64,000 bases of DNA from Zancudomyces culisetae HAW-14-8 (taxonomy: Eukaryota; Fungi; Kickxellomycota): assembly GCA_052426225.1 (NCBI GenBank), contig JBNJNM010000012.1:620001-684000 (forward strand), in the 5' to 3' direction. The notes under the pieces are model-generated. The model saw only the letters and a list, made by a program, of their open reading frames with translations. It was not told the origin of the DNA and did not search any database. Positions 1 through 9,924 of the stretch are shown piece by piece. Made by a program: the position numbers and the translations under genes. How positions within the stretch are numbered: the stretch's first letter is position 1; each line of letters opens with the position of its first letter.

Positions 1-128
1 ACTCTTTATTAGTACCTGTCAGAGATATCGCGACACTTCAGAAGCTAAGAAACAGTTTTTAAAAATATAATCTCTATAACAATAATCCAATAACAACCTT
101 TGCAGATATTAAACGATTATTTAAAAAT

Positions 129-1562
129 ATGAAGGTTGAAGATGAAGCAACTATGGCTGAAGAAACGTTTAAAAAACTTAACCCGACTGATAAACAACAC
201 ATGAGAAATAATCCAAAGGGGATAACATTGAAAACCATGTTGGAATACATGTTACAAAGGGAGGAAGATTTTATTACTTCCAAACAATCTCAGGGTGTGC
301 GAAACATAAATTATTCAAAAGAAAACACTTATACTCATTACAATAAAAATAATAATAATACTAACAAAAATTATAAAACAGATAACAACAAAAACATTAA
401 TTATTCATTTAACAATAAAATAAGAGAGAAAAATTATAGTAAAATATCTCAATATAAAAATACTAAATACAGAGAAGTGCCAAAAAACGAATACATAACT
501 CCGACAAAACAGTTTAAACAACCAACAACGGACGCTCGTAACATTAAATGCTATAAATGCAGACAAATGGGCCATTTCGCAAATAACTGTCCCACATCAA
601 TAGAAGATGTAGAAATGAGGACTGCTACTCCACGGAGACCGGTGATTGAGCATCAAACACAAGAAATCAACCTAGTAGATTTGAAGGAACAATACAGCAG
701 TCAGCCGACAATATTTCAATCGGATATAAGCCGAAAGATAAATGCAATCATGGGGAAGGTAACAATCAACGGAATAAACACATGGTTTCAGTATGACAGT
801 GGAGCGGCGACAAATCTAATGAGTGCAAAGATGGCCAAAAAGCTAAAATTAGGGAATGGTCAAACATCAAATGTTACCATCATCGGAGTAGAAGGGAGAC
901 CGACATCTTCACGATATTATCCATCTGTCCGATTAACCTTTGATACTTTTAATGTTCATATACCAATCCACTCTATTGAACAAGGAAAATCAGACCTTTT
1001 ACTTCTGGGCGTAGATTTGTTAGCGTGTTTAAATGCCCAAATAAATCTAAAAGATAACGTAATAAAATGTCATATAAACGGAGTACAACATCAAATACCG
1101 TTAATATTACGTCAGGAAAATAGTAATATAAACGAAATAACAAGTAAAAATGTACACTTTGTTGATACGGAAAGTAAAGTGCTTAACCAAATGTTGGAAA
1201 GACCGCTCAAAGAAAGATTAATCTCACTCATAACACATAATAGCGATCAATTTGCACACAATCTAGAAGAATTTAAAGGAGCCTACGTAAAACCAATTCG
1301 AGTTGAACTAATTGATCAAAACCCAATTCACTGTAAACCATATCGGTTAGCAAAGCGGTTACAAGACGAGGTACTAGAACAGCTGGACGAAATGAAGAAC
1401 CAAGGGATAATTGTAAAGTCAAACAGCCCGTACTGTTTTCCCATGGTAGTCGTCAGAAAAAAAAGATGGCAAAAAACGACTTTGCGTCGACTACAGAAAA
1501 TTGAACGATGTATCGAAAAAAGACGCTTACCCGATCCCAAACATCGACGAAATCTTAAGTAA
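129..1562 (+). pseudogene. Element A gag-protease-RT N-terminus (gag and pol fused in one frame), broken by +1 homopolymer frameshifts
   Basis: Zinc knuckle and DSG protease lie in one ORF. The RT motif VVRKK|DGKKRLCVDYRKLN is split by an A8 run at 1457-1464. A similar +1 shift occurs upstream at T5A5 (56-65). Confidence 0.85.
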
Positions 1563-3903
1563 TTTGCAAGGAGCCAGATACTTTACCACTTTGGACGCTC
1601 TGAGTGGTTACTGGCAGATTCCGTTAGATCCAGCAACACAAGAGATGACTGCATTTTCGCCTGGACCGGGTTTAGGGCTATTCCAGTTTACTGTGTTACC
1701 GTTTGGGCTAACAAATGCCCCGTCGATTTTCCAGAGAGTTATGGAAGATGTGTTAAAAACAGAACTTTATCGATGTGTTTTAGTATACAAAGATGACATA
1801 ATAGTGTATTCAAAAACTTTTGATGAACATATACAAGATGTGTATAGAGTAATTGAACTATTAAAAATAAAAAACATAAAATTACATGCGGATAAATGCC
1901 GAATAGGATATACTGAAGTACGGTATTTAGGACATATCATAAACAAGAATGGAATACAACCGGACACCGAAAATGTTGACAAGGTAAAACAAATGAAACC
2001 ACCTACGGATATTAATAGTCTTAGAAGTTACTTGGGACTAGTCGGATATTATAGAAAATTTATAAAAGGGTTCTCCAGTATAGCGAAGCCCTTAACGAGC
2101 TTAACTAAGAAAGATACTGCATTCAAATGGGGAGTACCGCAGCAAGAAGCATTTAACTATTTACAACAACAGCTCACAAACAAGCCAATTTTAAATCATC
2201 CAGATTGGGACCAAGAATTTACCTTAATAACAGACGCATCAACCGCAGGCTTAGGAGCAATACTGGCTCAAGGCACCGAAGGGAAAAATCGAATCGTATG
2301 TTACGCAAGCAGAACTTTATCGCAAGCAGAAAGCAACTACAGTATCACACATCTTGAAGGCTTAGCGGTAATTTGGGCAATCACCCATTTTCATTATTAT
2401 TTATACGGTCGAGCGTTTACTGTAATAACTGATCATAGCGCTTTAGTGGAATTATTTAAAAAAGAACCAGCTAAAGGAAGAATAGGCAGGTGGATATTAA
2501 AGCTTAGACATTATGAGTTCAAGGTAATTCACAGAGAAGGGAAAAATAATCCAGCTGATTATTTAAGCAGGTTCCCTTGGGAAGATATTCCCGAACAAGT
2601 GGAAGAGGTACTTTATATTTCAACAAAAGGATACGAGGAACTTAAGGAACGAATAAAGGACAAGACTAATATACCAAACGATAAAATACTATCAAAGTTT
2701 TCGGTACAAGACAACAAAATAATTCACAATGACAAATCACAAAGAAAATATTTACATCCTAAAGAACTTTACGAAACCATATATAATATTCATTATGAAC
2801 AGCATAGGGATACAACAGCAACGTACAAGTACTTGAACGATCATTATTATGCACCAGGAAGCTATCCAGTAGTTAAGCTAATAGTCGAAAGATGCGAAGT
2901 ATGCCAGCGAACCAACTACATTCAGAGAAAAGCAGAGAATTTGCATCCAATTATACCTAGTGAACCATTCAAAGTTTGGGGCCTCGACGTGGCTGGCCCT
3001 ATCTCACCTGTTACGGAGCCGGAAGGAAACAAATACATAATTATGGCCGTTGACTATTTTACCAAATGGCCGGTGGCACTACCGGTAAAATCTGTAAATG
3101 CCGAAACTATTTGTACATTTATAACAGAATTAATAGTTGCAAATTTCGGAGTACCAAAAATAATAATAACAGATCGGGGTACCCACCTAAGTAACGAAGC
3201 GTGCGCGAGATATAATGAATTTTTAGGTATAGAACAACGACCGGTAACAGCATATAGACCATCAGCAAATGGCCAGATTGAAAGATCGATCCAGACTCTA
3301 AAACAGTTATTGATAAAACAAACAATCAGTAGACCAGGAAACTGGGATGCCCACATCTGGCGAGCTCTACTAACAATGAGGACTACACAACATAAGAGTT
3401 TAGGAAGATCACCTGCAGAGATAGTATATGGATTAAAACTCTTAACTCCAGAAGTATGGAATAGTTACATACCGCTAGACATCGATAAGGAACTGGCAAT
3501 GAAGACAAGAATAAAATATTTAGAAGAAGAAATACCTACTTATAGAAGATTAACAGTTGACTTAGCAAAAAGACAGAAAATATATGAAGAAGATAGATAT
3601 AATAAGGGAGTAAGACCGCGAGTTTTAGAAATAGGAGATGAAGTACTAAAAGCTACAACGACAAGAAACCCGTACACAATGCACAGGAATGTGGGACCGT
3701 TTAAAGTAACTAATAAACTAGGAAACGGAGTATACGAGATCGAAGATCGAGAAGGACACATAGACAAAGTGCATGTGGACAGACTTCGAAAATATTATCC
3801 AGAATACCAACTAATACCAAATTTATACACGGGAAGCGCAAGAACTACGGGGTCAACATTGCACAAACAACCAACAAATAGTAGTTTAATCGAGGACGAT
3901 TAA
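1465..3903 (+). CDS. Element A pol (RT-RNase H-integrase) frame
   Basis: ORF 1501-3903 extends upstream to DGKKRLCVDY. Motifs LPFGLTNAP, YKDD, WGLDVAGP, IITDRG, NGQIER, GPFKV. Confidence 0.9.
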   Translation, partial: DGKKRLCVDYRKLNDVSKKDAYPIPNIDEILSNLQGARYFTTLDALSGYWQIPLDPATQEMTAFSPGPGLGLFQFTVLPFGLTNAPSIFQRVMEDVLKTELYRCVLVYKDDIIVYSKTFDEHIQDVYRVIELLKIKNIKLHADKCRIGYTEVRYLGHIINKNGIQPDTENVDKVKQMKPPTDINSLRSYLGLVGYYRKFIKGFSSIAKPLTSLTKKDTAFKWGVPQQEAFNYLQQQLTNKPILNHPDWDQEFTLITDASTAGLGAILAQGTEGKNRIVCYASRTLSQAESNYSITHLEGLAVIWAITHFHYYLYGRAFTVITDHSALVELFKKEPAKGRIGRWILKLRHYEFKVIHREGKNNPADYLSRFPWEDIPEQVEEVLYISTKGYEELKERIKDKTNIPNDKILSKFSVQDNKIIHNDKSQRKYLHPKELYETIYNIHYEQHRDTTATYKYLNDHYYAPGSYPVVKLIVERCEVCQRTNYIQRKAENLHPIIPSEPFKVWGLDVAGPISPVTEPEGNKYIIMAVDYFTKWPVALPVKSVNAETICTFITELIVANFGVPKIIITDRGTHLSNEACARYNEFLGIEQRPVTAYRPSANGQIERSIQTLKQLLIKQTISRPGNWDAHIWRALLTMRTTQHKSLGRSPAEIVYGLKLLTPEVWNSYIPLDIDKELAMKTRIKYLEEEIPTYRRLTVDLAKRQKIYEEDRYNKGVRPRVLEIGDEVLKATTTRNPYTMHRNVGPFKVTNKLGNGVYEIEDREGHIDKVHVDRLRKYYPEYQLIPNLYTGSARTTGSTLHKQPTNSSLIEDD

Positions 3904-3920
3904 AATTAAAAGGGGAGGAA

Positions 3921-4365
3921 TGTCGAGATACTAGATCCGGGTATCACGGCATAGCAACGTGTATTGGATCAGATTACACGTTGCTGAACAATTACATTGT
4001 TCATTAAAGAAACGTTGAGATATGTATGAATGATTGTTAACAACACATTCATACACCAACGTTTCAACGCAAACATTAATATAGTAATATTGTTTTTTAT
4101 GGATGATAGTTTAGTGATTATTTATAAAGAGTTAGTTTATATAAATAAAAGACATAGGATGAATTGGAAAGCGTCATCCATGTCTTAATATACGGACGTA
4201 TAAATAAAAATCTAGTTCATAATAAAAAATTATATCAAAACTACGAAAATGTACTACTCAAATGGGTATGAAGATGAGGAGATGGCAATAAGTACCACTT
4301 CATCATCTTCCGGAAGAAGTACTGGCAGCAGCATGGATCAGGATGCTGGGGTATTAAGCCCCCAG
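3921..4365 (+). repeat. 3' LTR of element A, left part (U3-R-start of U5)
   Basis: Starts TGTCGAGATA right after the PPT. TATATAAA at ~4138, AATAAA at ~4203 and ~4221. About 96% identical by eye to the reverse complement of 12667-13289. Confidence 0.92.
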
Positions 4366-4537
4366 TGTCATGAGTGTTATACCCAAGTACTTATTAGTTA
4401 AATTATTATATTAATATTTTATTGCTAAAGATTCAAAAGCAATAAAATCTTAATTTCCTAAATACTTAAATAATTGAACAAAAAAAAGTTACTGAAAATT
4501 TAACCAATTAAATTAATGACATGATTGGATCATGACA
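4366..4537 (-). repeat. 3' LTR of element B
   Basis: Direct repeat of 9753-9924. Preceded on the - strand by the purine-rich ...CTGGGGTGA just after the pol stop. Confidence 0.96.
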
Positions 4538-4548
4538 TCACCCCAGTC

Positions 4549-7500
4549 TTAAATCCTCTTTAAGGGTTTACTTGGCTTGTTAGGATTATTAATGTGGAAC
4601 AGCTTGATTAAGTGTGAGGCGTGAACATCCTTCGAGTCTTCCCAGGTACAATCTTCTGGTCCATATCCGTCCCAGTCAATCAAGTATTTCAACTTTCCAC
4701 GCACGATCTTAGAATCAAGTATATCTCGAACTATATACTCCTCATGTCCATTGATAGTGATGGGAGGTGGAGGCGGTTGTAATCGTGAGGTCATCTTAGC
4801 GTCTTTGACAAGTTTGAGCAGTGAAACATGGAAGACGGGATGTACTTTCATGGAAGGTGGTAGTTCCAGTCTAGCAGCAACTGGGTTAACCATTTCAGTA
4901 ATGGTAAATGGCCCAGTATATTTGTAATCCAGCTTAGCCGATGGTCTTTGACAAGGGAGGTTTGCTTGAGACAGCCAAACTTTGACACCAGGTCTGAACT
5001 CGCTAGAATCGCTTCTTTTCTTATCAGCAAATTTCTTGTATGTTTCCTTGGCTATGTCGAGACGAGATTTTAATAGGTTATTGGTAACTTTGAGATTTGA
5101 AATAAATTCGAGAGCCATGGGAACATTAGAATCTGATGATGTGTCCAAGTATAGATCGGGGTCAAATCCGTAATTTGCACGGAAAGGGCTGATACCTGTA
5201 GAAGCGTGAGAAGCGTTATTGTACGCAAACTCAGCGAGGGGAAGTAATTGAGTCCAGTTGTCTTGTTGAAAGTTTATGAAACAACGGAGATACTGTTCAA
5301 GTATCTGGTTAACTCTTTCAGTCTGACCATCTGACTGTGGATGGTAGGCTGAAGACAGATGTGATTTAATGTTTAACAGGCGTAGGAGTTCCTTCCAGAA
5401 CTTGGAAACAAACTGTGGACCCCTATCAGACACTATACTCTGAGGCATACCATGTAGTTTAAAAACATGATTAATAAATTTTGTAGCAGTCTCAATAGCT
5501 GATGGTGTTGAGCAAATTGGAATAAAGTGGGCCATCTTAGTTAGACGGTCTACCACTACCAACACTACTGTATTACCCTGGGATTTGGGTAATTCGACAA
5601 TAAAGTCCAGCGATACGGCCTTCCAGGGGCCTGTAGGTGTATCCAGGGGCATCAATAGTCCTCGTGGCTTACTTAAGCTATGCTTGGCCCTGTTGCATAC
5701 AGTGCAACTGTCAATGAAGTCCTGAACAAAGTCCTTCAACTTCGGCCACCAAAATTTACGTGATACGAGGCTGTGTGTTTTTGCTCGGCCGAAATGACCA
5801 GCTAGTGGCGAATCGTGAAACAATTCAAGTACTTTAATGCGGAGGGGCTCTGGTACGTATATCAGGTTTCTGTATCGGATGAGATCGTCTATTATTGTTA
5901 TCTGTGAGCTTGGGTCTTTAGCTTTTATTTTCAATTCATTTGCCACTGTATCGCTTTGCAAAGCGTTTTTAATAAGGGTATGCAAGTCAGTGGTTTTTTC
6001 AGTGTTTATGGCATTTACAACGTGGTTCGGGCTGAGTATGTTCTCAAGTTGCATGGTTGCTACTTCCCTCTTAAGAGTCTCTCTTCGTGACAGTGCGTCT
6101 GCCTTTCCGTTCTGAATTCCTGGCCTGTATTGCAAATTGATGTCAAATCGTGATAGAAACAGCGACCATCTCGCCTGTCGCTGATTAAGAATCTTGGCCG
6201 ATTTAAAATACTCCAAGTTTTTATGATCGGTGATTATTGTTACGGGATTATTAGCACCTTCCAGATGATGTCGCCAGTGTTCCAGAGATGCCTTTATGGC
6301 TAAGAGTTCCTTATCATATATATTGTAGTTTATTTCGTTTGGAGACAAGGTGCGGGAATAGAAAGCACATGGATAGTTTTTACCGTTATGGTTCTGTGAC
6401 AATACTGCACCTAAAGCTGTGTTAGAGGCGTCGCACTCTAGTATGAATGGAAGATCTGGGTTAGGGTGTTTAAGGATCGGTGCTGTTGTAAAGCATTGCT
6501 TTAGCTTATCAAATGCATTCTGTTGAGTGTGGGTCCATAGAAACTGTACCCCTTTTTTCAATAATTTAGTTATTGGAGACACTACTTTAGAAAAGTCTTG
6601 GATAAAGCGTCTATAAAAATTGGCAAAGCCCAGAAATACTTGGATTTCTTTAACTGATTTTGGCGCCTTCCACTCTTTTATAGCTGTGATGCGCGATGGG
6701 TCCATCGAAATACCTGTGGCCTTGACTATGAATCCTAAGAATTCGACATGGTCCTTGTCGAATTCGCATTTCTCCAACTTGACGTAGAGTTTATGTTGGA
6801 TAAGACGTTTCAATACTTGGCGGACATGATCGGTATGTTGGTTGGAGTCTTTGGAGAAGATCAGAATGTCGTCCAGATAAATGACTACAAACTGGTCTAG
6901 TATGTCCTTGAAGATGTCGTTCACAAAGTGTTGAAATGTAGCTGGCGCATTAACCAACCCAAAAGGCATGACATTATACTGAAAATGGCCATACCTGGTT
7001 CTAAAAGCTGTCTTCCATTGATCACCATCCTTGATACGTACTAGATTATATGCTCCTCTAAGGTCCAGTTTTGTGAATACTTTGGCCTCTTGGACTCTTT
7101 CAAGCAGTTCAGTCATGAGTGGGAGCGGATATCTATTCCGGACAGTGACTTTGTTAAGCGCTCGATAATCGACGCAAAGTCGAAGGGATCCGTCCTTTTT
7201 TTTGACAAACAGTATCGGTGCCCCCGCTGGTGAAGTCGATGGAACTATGAAGTCTTTCGCTAGGTTTTCGTCCAAGTACTCTCTCAGTGCTTTCAGTTCT
7301 ACCTGTGATAGAGAATATATAGGTCCAAAAGGGATCTTAGCATTTGGTACAAGATCTATCGGGCAATCATACTGCCGATGAGGTGGGAGTTGTTCTGCTA
7401 GTTGCTTATCAAATGCCTGTTGGAGATCATGATACTTTTCTGGAAGTACCACTTTGCTGTCTAGTTGTGACTGTTTATTTTGAATGTGGTTAATAAGTCC

Positions 7501-8865
7501 AATTATGTGAGCAACCACCATTCTCCTCCTTTTTTGCGGCAAACTGCAATTGATATCGTTTTCAAAACTTCTTTTACGCATTGGCTCAACAGGGAGTGGA
7601 GGTGATGGTGGAGGTGGGCTATGAAGAACGGAGGGCATTATGGGTTTTGAAGCGCTTTCAAACTGAGATTCCATAACATTTTTGTAGGAGTGTACGCTAT
7701 CCATTTCGCTGATGACAGATTCTAGGTCGTCATTGATGTTCGCTATGTCTATGGATTCTGCAATACTGTTTTCTTCAAAGTTAAAACCATATTTATTTTC
7801 GTGGTCTCTTTCGTAGTCATACTCTTTTTCTTGGTTCTTATGATTGGCGTTGTAATAGTCATGGTAGACTTTGGTATCTTGGTCTATGTTATTTTTCTGA
7901 TCTTGGTCTTGGTTAACTTCTTGGTCTTGGTCTATGATATTTTTCTGATCTTGGTCTATGTTATTTTCTTGGTCTTGTTCTTGGTCATTGTCTTGGTTTT
8001 GGTTTTGGTCTTGGTCATTGTCTTGGTTTTGGTCGTTGTCGTTGTCTTGGTTTTGGTCTTGGTCTGTATCAGCTTCATTTGTTATGTCTTGATACTTAAT
8101 TTGATTATGGTCCAGATCCTGATTAATTTTGTAATCATGATTTTGTTTCCTAATATTGAATCCTTGGTTTAAGGTCTGGTTATATGGCTGTTGGTTCACT
8201 TTGAAACAATCTTGTGTAGATTGTTCCAAAGTTGCTGGTGGTAGTACTGATGGTAAGTTTACTTGGACTCCGAATGTTGGTGCTGAAAGTCCGAATCGTG
8301 GTGGTGATTTAACTCTGGTTGTTACGGATACAGTTTTCTTTTGGCAGTTCTTCTGGCAGTATGTGTTTTCAAATTTTATCATACGTTGTTTCCATAGTAT
8401 TGTTGGTTGATGCTTTTCAAGCCATGGCAACCCTAATATTATGTCTGCATGAGTGCTAGGTAGTATTTCAAACTTTATGTATTCCCAATGAGTTCTGTTG
8501 GCTTGGAGTAACAACTGTTTAGATTCATGTGTAATGGGTCCCCCTGTCATTTGAGTTCCATCTACAAATTCTACCGGTACTGAGTTGGGTTTTTTTATGA
8601 TTGGTATCCCTTTATTCTTGACGAAATCAGAGTCTATAAAAATGCCTGAGGCTCCTGAATCTATCATGGCTAAAACTTTTATTAATTTTGTACTGGATAG
8701 GTGAATAATAACTGTGAAGTAAAAACGATGTTCGTGCTGTGGATATGCGAGACTACTAAGATTGTGGTGAATTGAATCCTTGGAAATTTTAATAGGAGGA
8801 GTGATTTTATCCTTTGTGTGGTCCAGGCTTAACTCCCCCTCTAAGCCTGAACATTCTTGTTTCCC
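4549..8865 (-). CDS. Element B pol: protease, long spacer, RT, RNase H, integrase, chromodomain (entered by -1 frameshift)
   Basis: Motifs IDSGA, KKDGSLRLCVDYR, YLDD, CDAS/DKELLA/TDHKNL, HHCC, SLDF/SDRG/QTER, GPF, and C-terminal chromodomain EEYIVRDILD...IDWDGY...TWE. The frame stays open from 8667 up to the slippery site at 8865. Confidence 0.95.
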   Translation of the reverse strand, partial: GKQECSGLEGELSLDHTKDKITPPIKISKDSIHHNLSSLAYPQHEHRFYFTVIIHLSSTKLIKVLAMIDSGASGIFIDSDFVKNKGIPIIKKPNSVPVEFVDGTQMTGGPITHESKQLLLQANRTHWEYIKFEILPSTHADIILGLPWLEKHQPTILWKQRMIKFENTYCQKNCQKKTVSVTTRVKSPPRFGLSAPTFGVQVNLPSVLPPATLEQSTQDCFKVNQQPYNQTLNQGFNIRKQNHDYKINQDLDHNQIKYQDITNEADTDQDQNQDNDNDQNQDNDQDQNQNQDNDQEQDQENNIDQDQKNIIDQDQEVNQDQDQKNNIDQDTKVYHDYYNANHKNQEKEYDYERDHENKYGFNFEENSIAESIDIANINDDLESVISEMDSVHSYKNVMESQFESASKPIMPSVLHSPPPPSPPLPVEPMRKRSFENDINCSLPQKRRRMVVAHIIGLINHIQNKQSQLDSKVVLPEKYHDLQQAFDKQLAEQLPPHRQYDCPIDLVPNAKIPFGPIYSLSQVELKALREYLDENLAKDFIVPSTSPAGAPILFVKKKDGSLRLCVDYRALNKVTVRNRYPLPLMTELLERVQEAKVFTKLDLRGAYNLVRIKDGDQWKTAFRTRYGHFQYNVMPFGLVNAPATFQHFVNDIFKDILDQFVVIYLDDILIFSKDSNQHTDHVRQVLKRLIQHKLYVKLEKCEFDKDHVEFLGFIVKATGISMDPSRITAIKEWKAPKSVKEIQVFLGFANFYRRFIQDFSKVVSPITKLLKKGVQFLWTHTQQNAFDKLKQCFTTAPILKHPNPDLPFILECDASNTALGAVLSQNHNGKNYPCAFYSRTLSPNEINYNIYDKELLAIKASLEHWRHHLEGANNPVTIITDHKNLEYFKSAKILNQRQARWSLFLSRFDINLQYRPGIQNGKADALSRRETLKREVATMQLENILSPNHVVNAINTEKTTDLHTLIKNALQSDTVANELKIKAKDPSSQITIIDDLIRYRNLIYVPEPLRIKVLELFHDSPLAGHFGRAKTHSLVSRKFWWPKLKDFVQDFIDSCTVCNRAKHSLSKPRGLLMPLDTPTGPWKAVSLDFIVELPKSQGNTVVLVVVDRLTKMAHFIPICSTPSAIETATKFINHVFKLHGMPQSIVSDRGPQFVSKFWKELLRLLNIKSHLSSAYHPQSDGQTERVNQILEQYLRCFINFQQDNWTQLLPLAEFAYNNASHASTGISPFRANYGFDPDLYLDTSSDSNVPMALEFISNLKVTNNLLKSRLDIAKETYKKFADKKRSDSSEFRPGVKVWLSQANLPCQRPSAKLDYKYTGPFTITEMVNPVAARLELPPSMKVHPVFHVSLLKLVKDAKMTSRLQPPPPPITINGHEEYIVRDILDSKIVRGKLKYLIDWDGYGPEDCTWEDSKDVHASHLIKLFHINNPNKPSKPLKRI
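7870..8062 (-). repeat. Coding tandem repeats (DQ/NQ/DN hexamer units) inside the element B pol spacer
   Basis: Degenerate (TCTTGG/TTTTGG/TCATTG)n array encoding DQDQNQDNDNDQNQ... Confidence 0.9.
8794..8865 (-). promoter_or_regulatory. Programmed -1 ribosomal frameshift signal (G GGA AAC plus H-type pseudoknot)
   Basis: Slippery heptamer in the correct gag phase at 8865-8859. 6-nt spacer, then stem1 GTTCAGGCTTA/TAAGCCTGGAC. Loop AGGGGGAGT pairs with downstream ACTCCTCCT. pol lies in the -1 frame. Confidence 0.88.
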
Positions 8866-9698
8866 TGGTTATATTTAGCTGATTTTTCTGGACAACTTAC
8901 CACTTGATGACCTTCACCTCCACAATAAAAACACAAGCCCTTCTTCATTCTTCTCTCTCGCTCCTGAGTTGAGACTACTTTTTGCAATGAATCCACTTGC
9001 ATTGGTTCAAACTGGTTTGTGTTAGGCTGAAGTTGAAGTGGGAATCCTCGCTTCTTTCGGACCTTATCTTCTTTTCTTCTTGTCAATCTCGTGTCTATAT
9101 TTATAGCTGCATTTATATAGCCTTCAAGATCTTGGGGTGTTTTAAACAAAGCAAGCGCGTCCAAAATATTGTCATTTAGTCCTTCGGCAAATTGTGACAC
9201 ATAAGCGGATTCATTCCAATCTAGATCCATTATTAAACGTCTAAATTCAGAAGCGTAGATAGCTACCGACTGTGGTCCTTGCCTTAGTGCTCTAACTGCA
9301 TCGTTTGCAGTCTGAGTTCTCTGGGGATCATCAAATACGCGGGAAAACTCTTTTAAAAACATCTCAAAATTGTATAGTACGGGGCTATTCTTCTCAATAA
9401 ATGGTGAAGCCCATAATAGGGCGTTACCACTTAGAAGAGACATCACAAGACCTACTTTTGCTGAGCCAGTTTCATACTGATCATGGTGTGTTAGGAACAA
9501 CAGCTTACATTGGTTAACAAAGCCCCTATACTGTCTACGATCACCATCGTAGCGTTCAGGTAAAGAGATTCTTGACGTGGCTACATGGGTATGCGGGGTT
9601 GAATCTCTTGTACTCAAATCTTTTAGCTGTTGGTTTTCGTTTTTAAGAATTTGAATCTCCAAGGTTAACTTGTTTAATCTTTCTTCGATTGAGTCCAT
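8841..9698 (-). CDS. Element B Gag (Retrotrans_gag/PEG10-like capsid, CCHC knuckle)
   Basis: Motifs LPERYDGDRRQYRGFVNQC, LSGNALLWA, LRQGPQSVAIYASEFR, EPMQVD, CFYCGGEGHQVVSC. Confidence 0.95.
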   Translation of the reverse strand: MDSIEERLNKLTLEIQILKNENQQLKDLSTRDSTPHTHVATSRISLPERYDGDRRQYRGFVNQCKLLFLTHHDQYETGSAKVGLVMSLLSGNALLWASPFIEKNSPVLYNFEMFLKEFSRVFDDPQRTQTANDAVRALRQGPQSVAIYASEFRRLIMDLDWNESAYVSQFAEGLNDNILDALALFKTPQDLEGYINAAINIDTRLTRRKEDKVRKKRGFPLQLQPNTNQFEPMQVDSLQKVVSTQERERRMKKGLCFYCGGEGHQVVSCPEKSAKYNQGNKNVQA

Positions 9699-9739
9699 AA
9701 TGTTTGATCCTATTAAAACTTAATTGTAGGTGGGTATGA

Positions 9740-9751
9740 AGCAATAAAATA
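9740..9751 (-). promoter_or_regulatory. Putative self-priming PBS of element B
   Basis: TATTTTATTGCT lies 1 nt after the 5' LTR. It has no TGG tRNA complement and is perfectly complementary to LTR-internal AGCAATAAAATA (9813-9802). Confidence 0.75.
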
Positions 9752-9752
9752 A

Positions 9753-9924
9753 TGTCATGAGTGTTATACCCAAGTACTTATTAGTTAAATTATTATATTA
9801 ATATTTTATTGCTAAAGATTCAAAAGCAATAAAATCTTAATTTCCTAAATACTAAAATAATTGAACAAAAAAAAGTTACTGAAAATTTAACCAATTAAAT
9901 TAATGACATGATTGGATCATGACA
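9753..9924 (-). repeat. 5' LTR of element B
   Basis: Direct repeat of 4366-4537, upstream of gag on the - strand. Confidence 0.96.

Larger units (their letters stand above)
4366..9924 (-). mobile_element. Full-length chromovirus (Ty3/Gypsy, Tf1/sushi-like) 'B' nested in LTR-A
   Basis: 172-bp LTRs at 4366-4537 and 9753-9924 (TGTCATGA...TCATGACA, 1 mismatch). TSD CCCAG (4361-4365) / CCTAG (9925-9929). The empty site AAGCCCCCAGACCTTG is seen in the inverted LTR-A copy. gag and pol are intact. Confidence 0.97.

Noticed and set aside
7801-8172. 123-aa Val/Leu-rich antisense ORF (env- or membrane-like)
   Set aside because: Shadow of the GAC/CAA/AAC repeat array on the pol strand. Its hydrophobicity follows directly from the codon complements.
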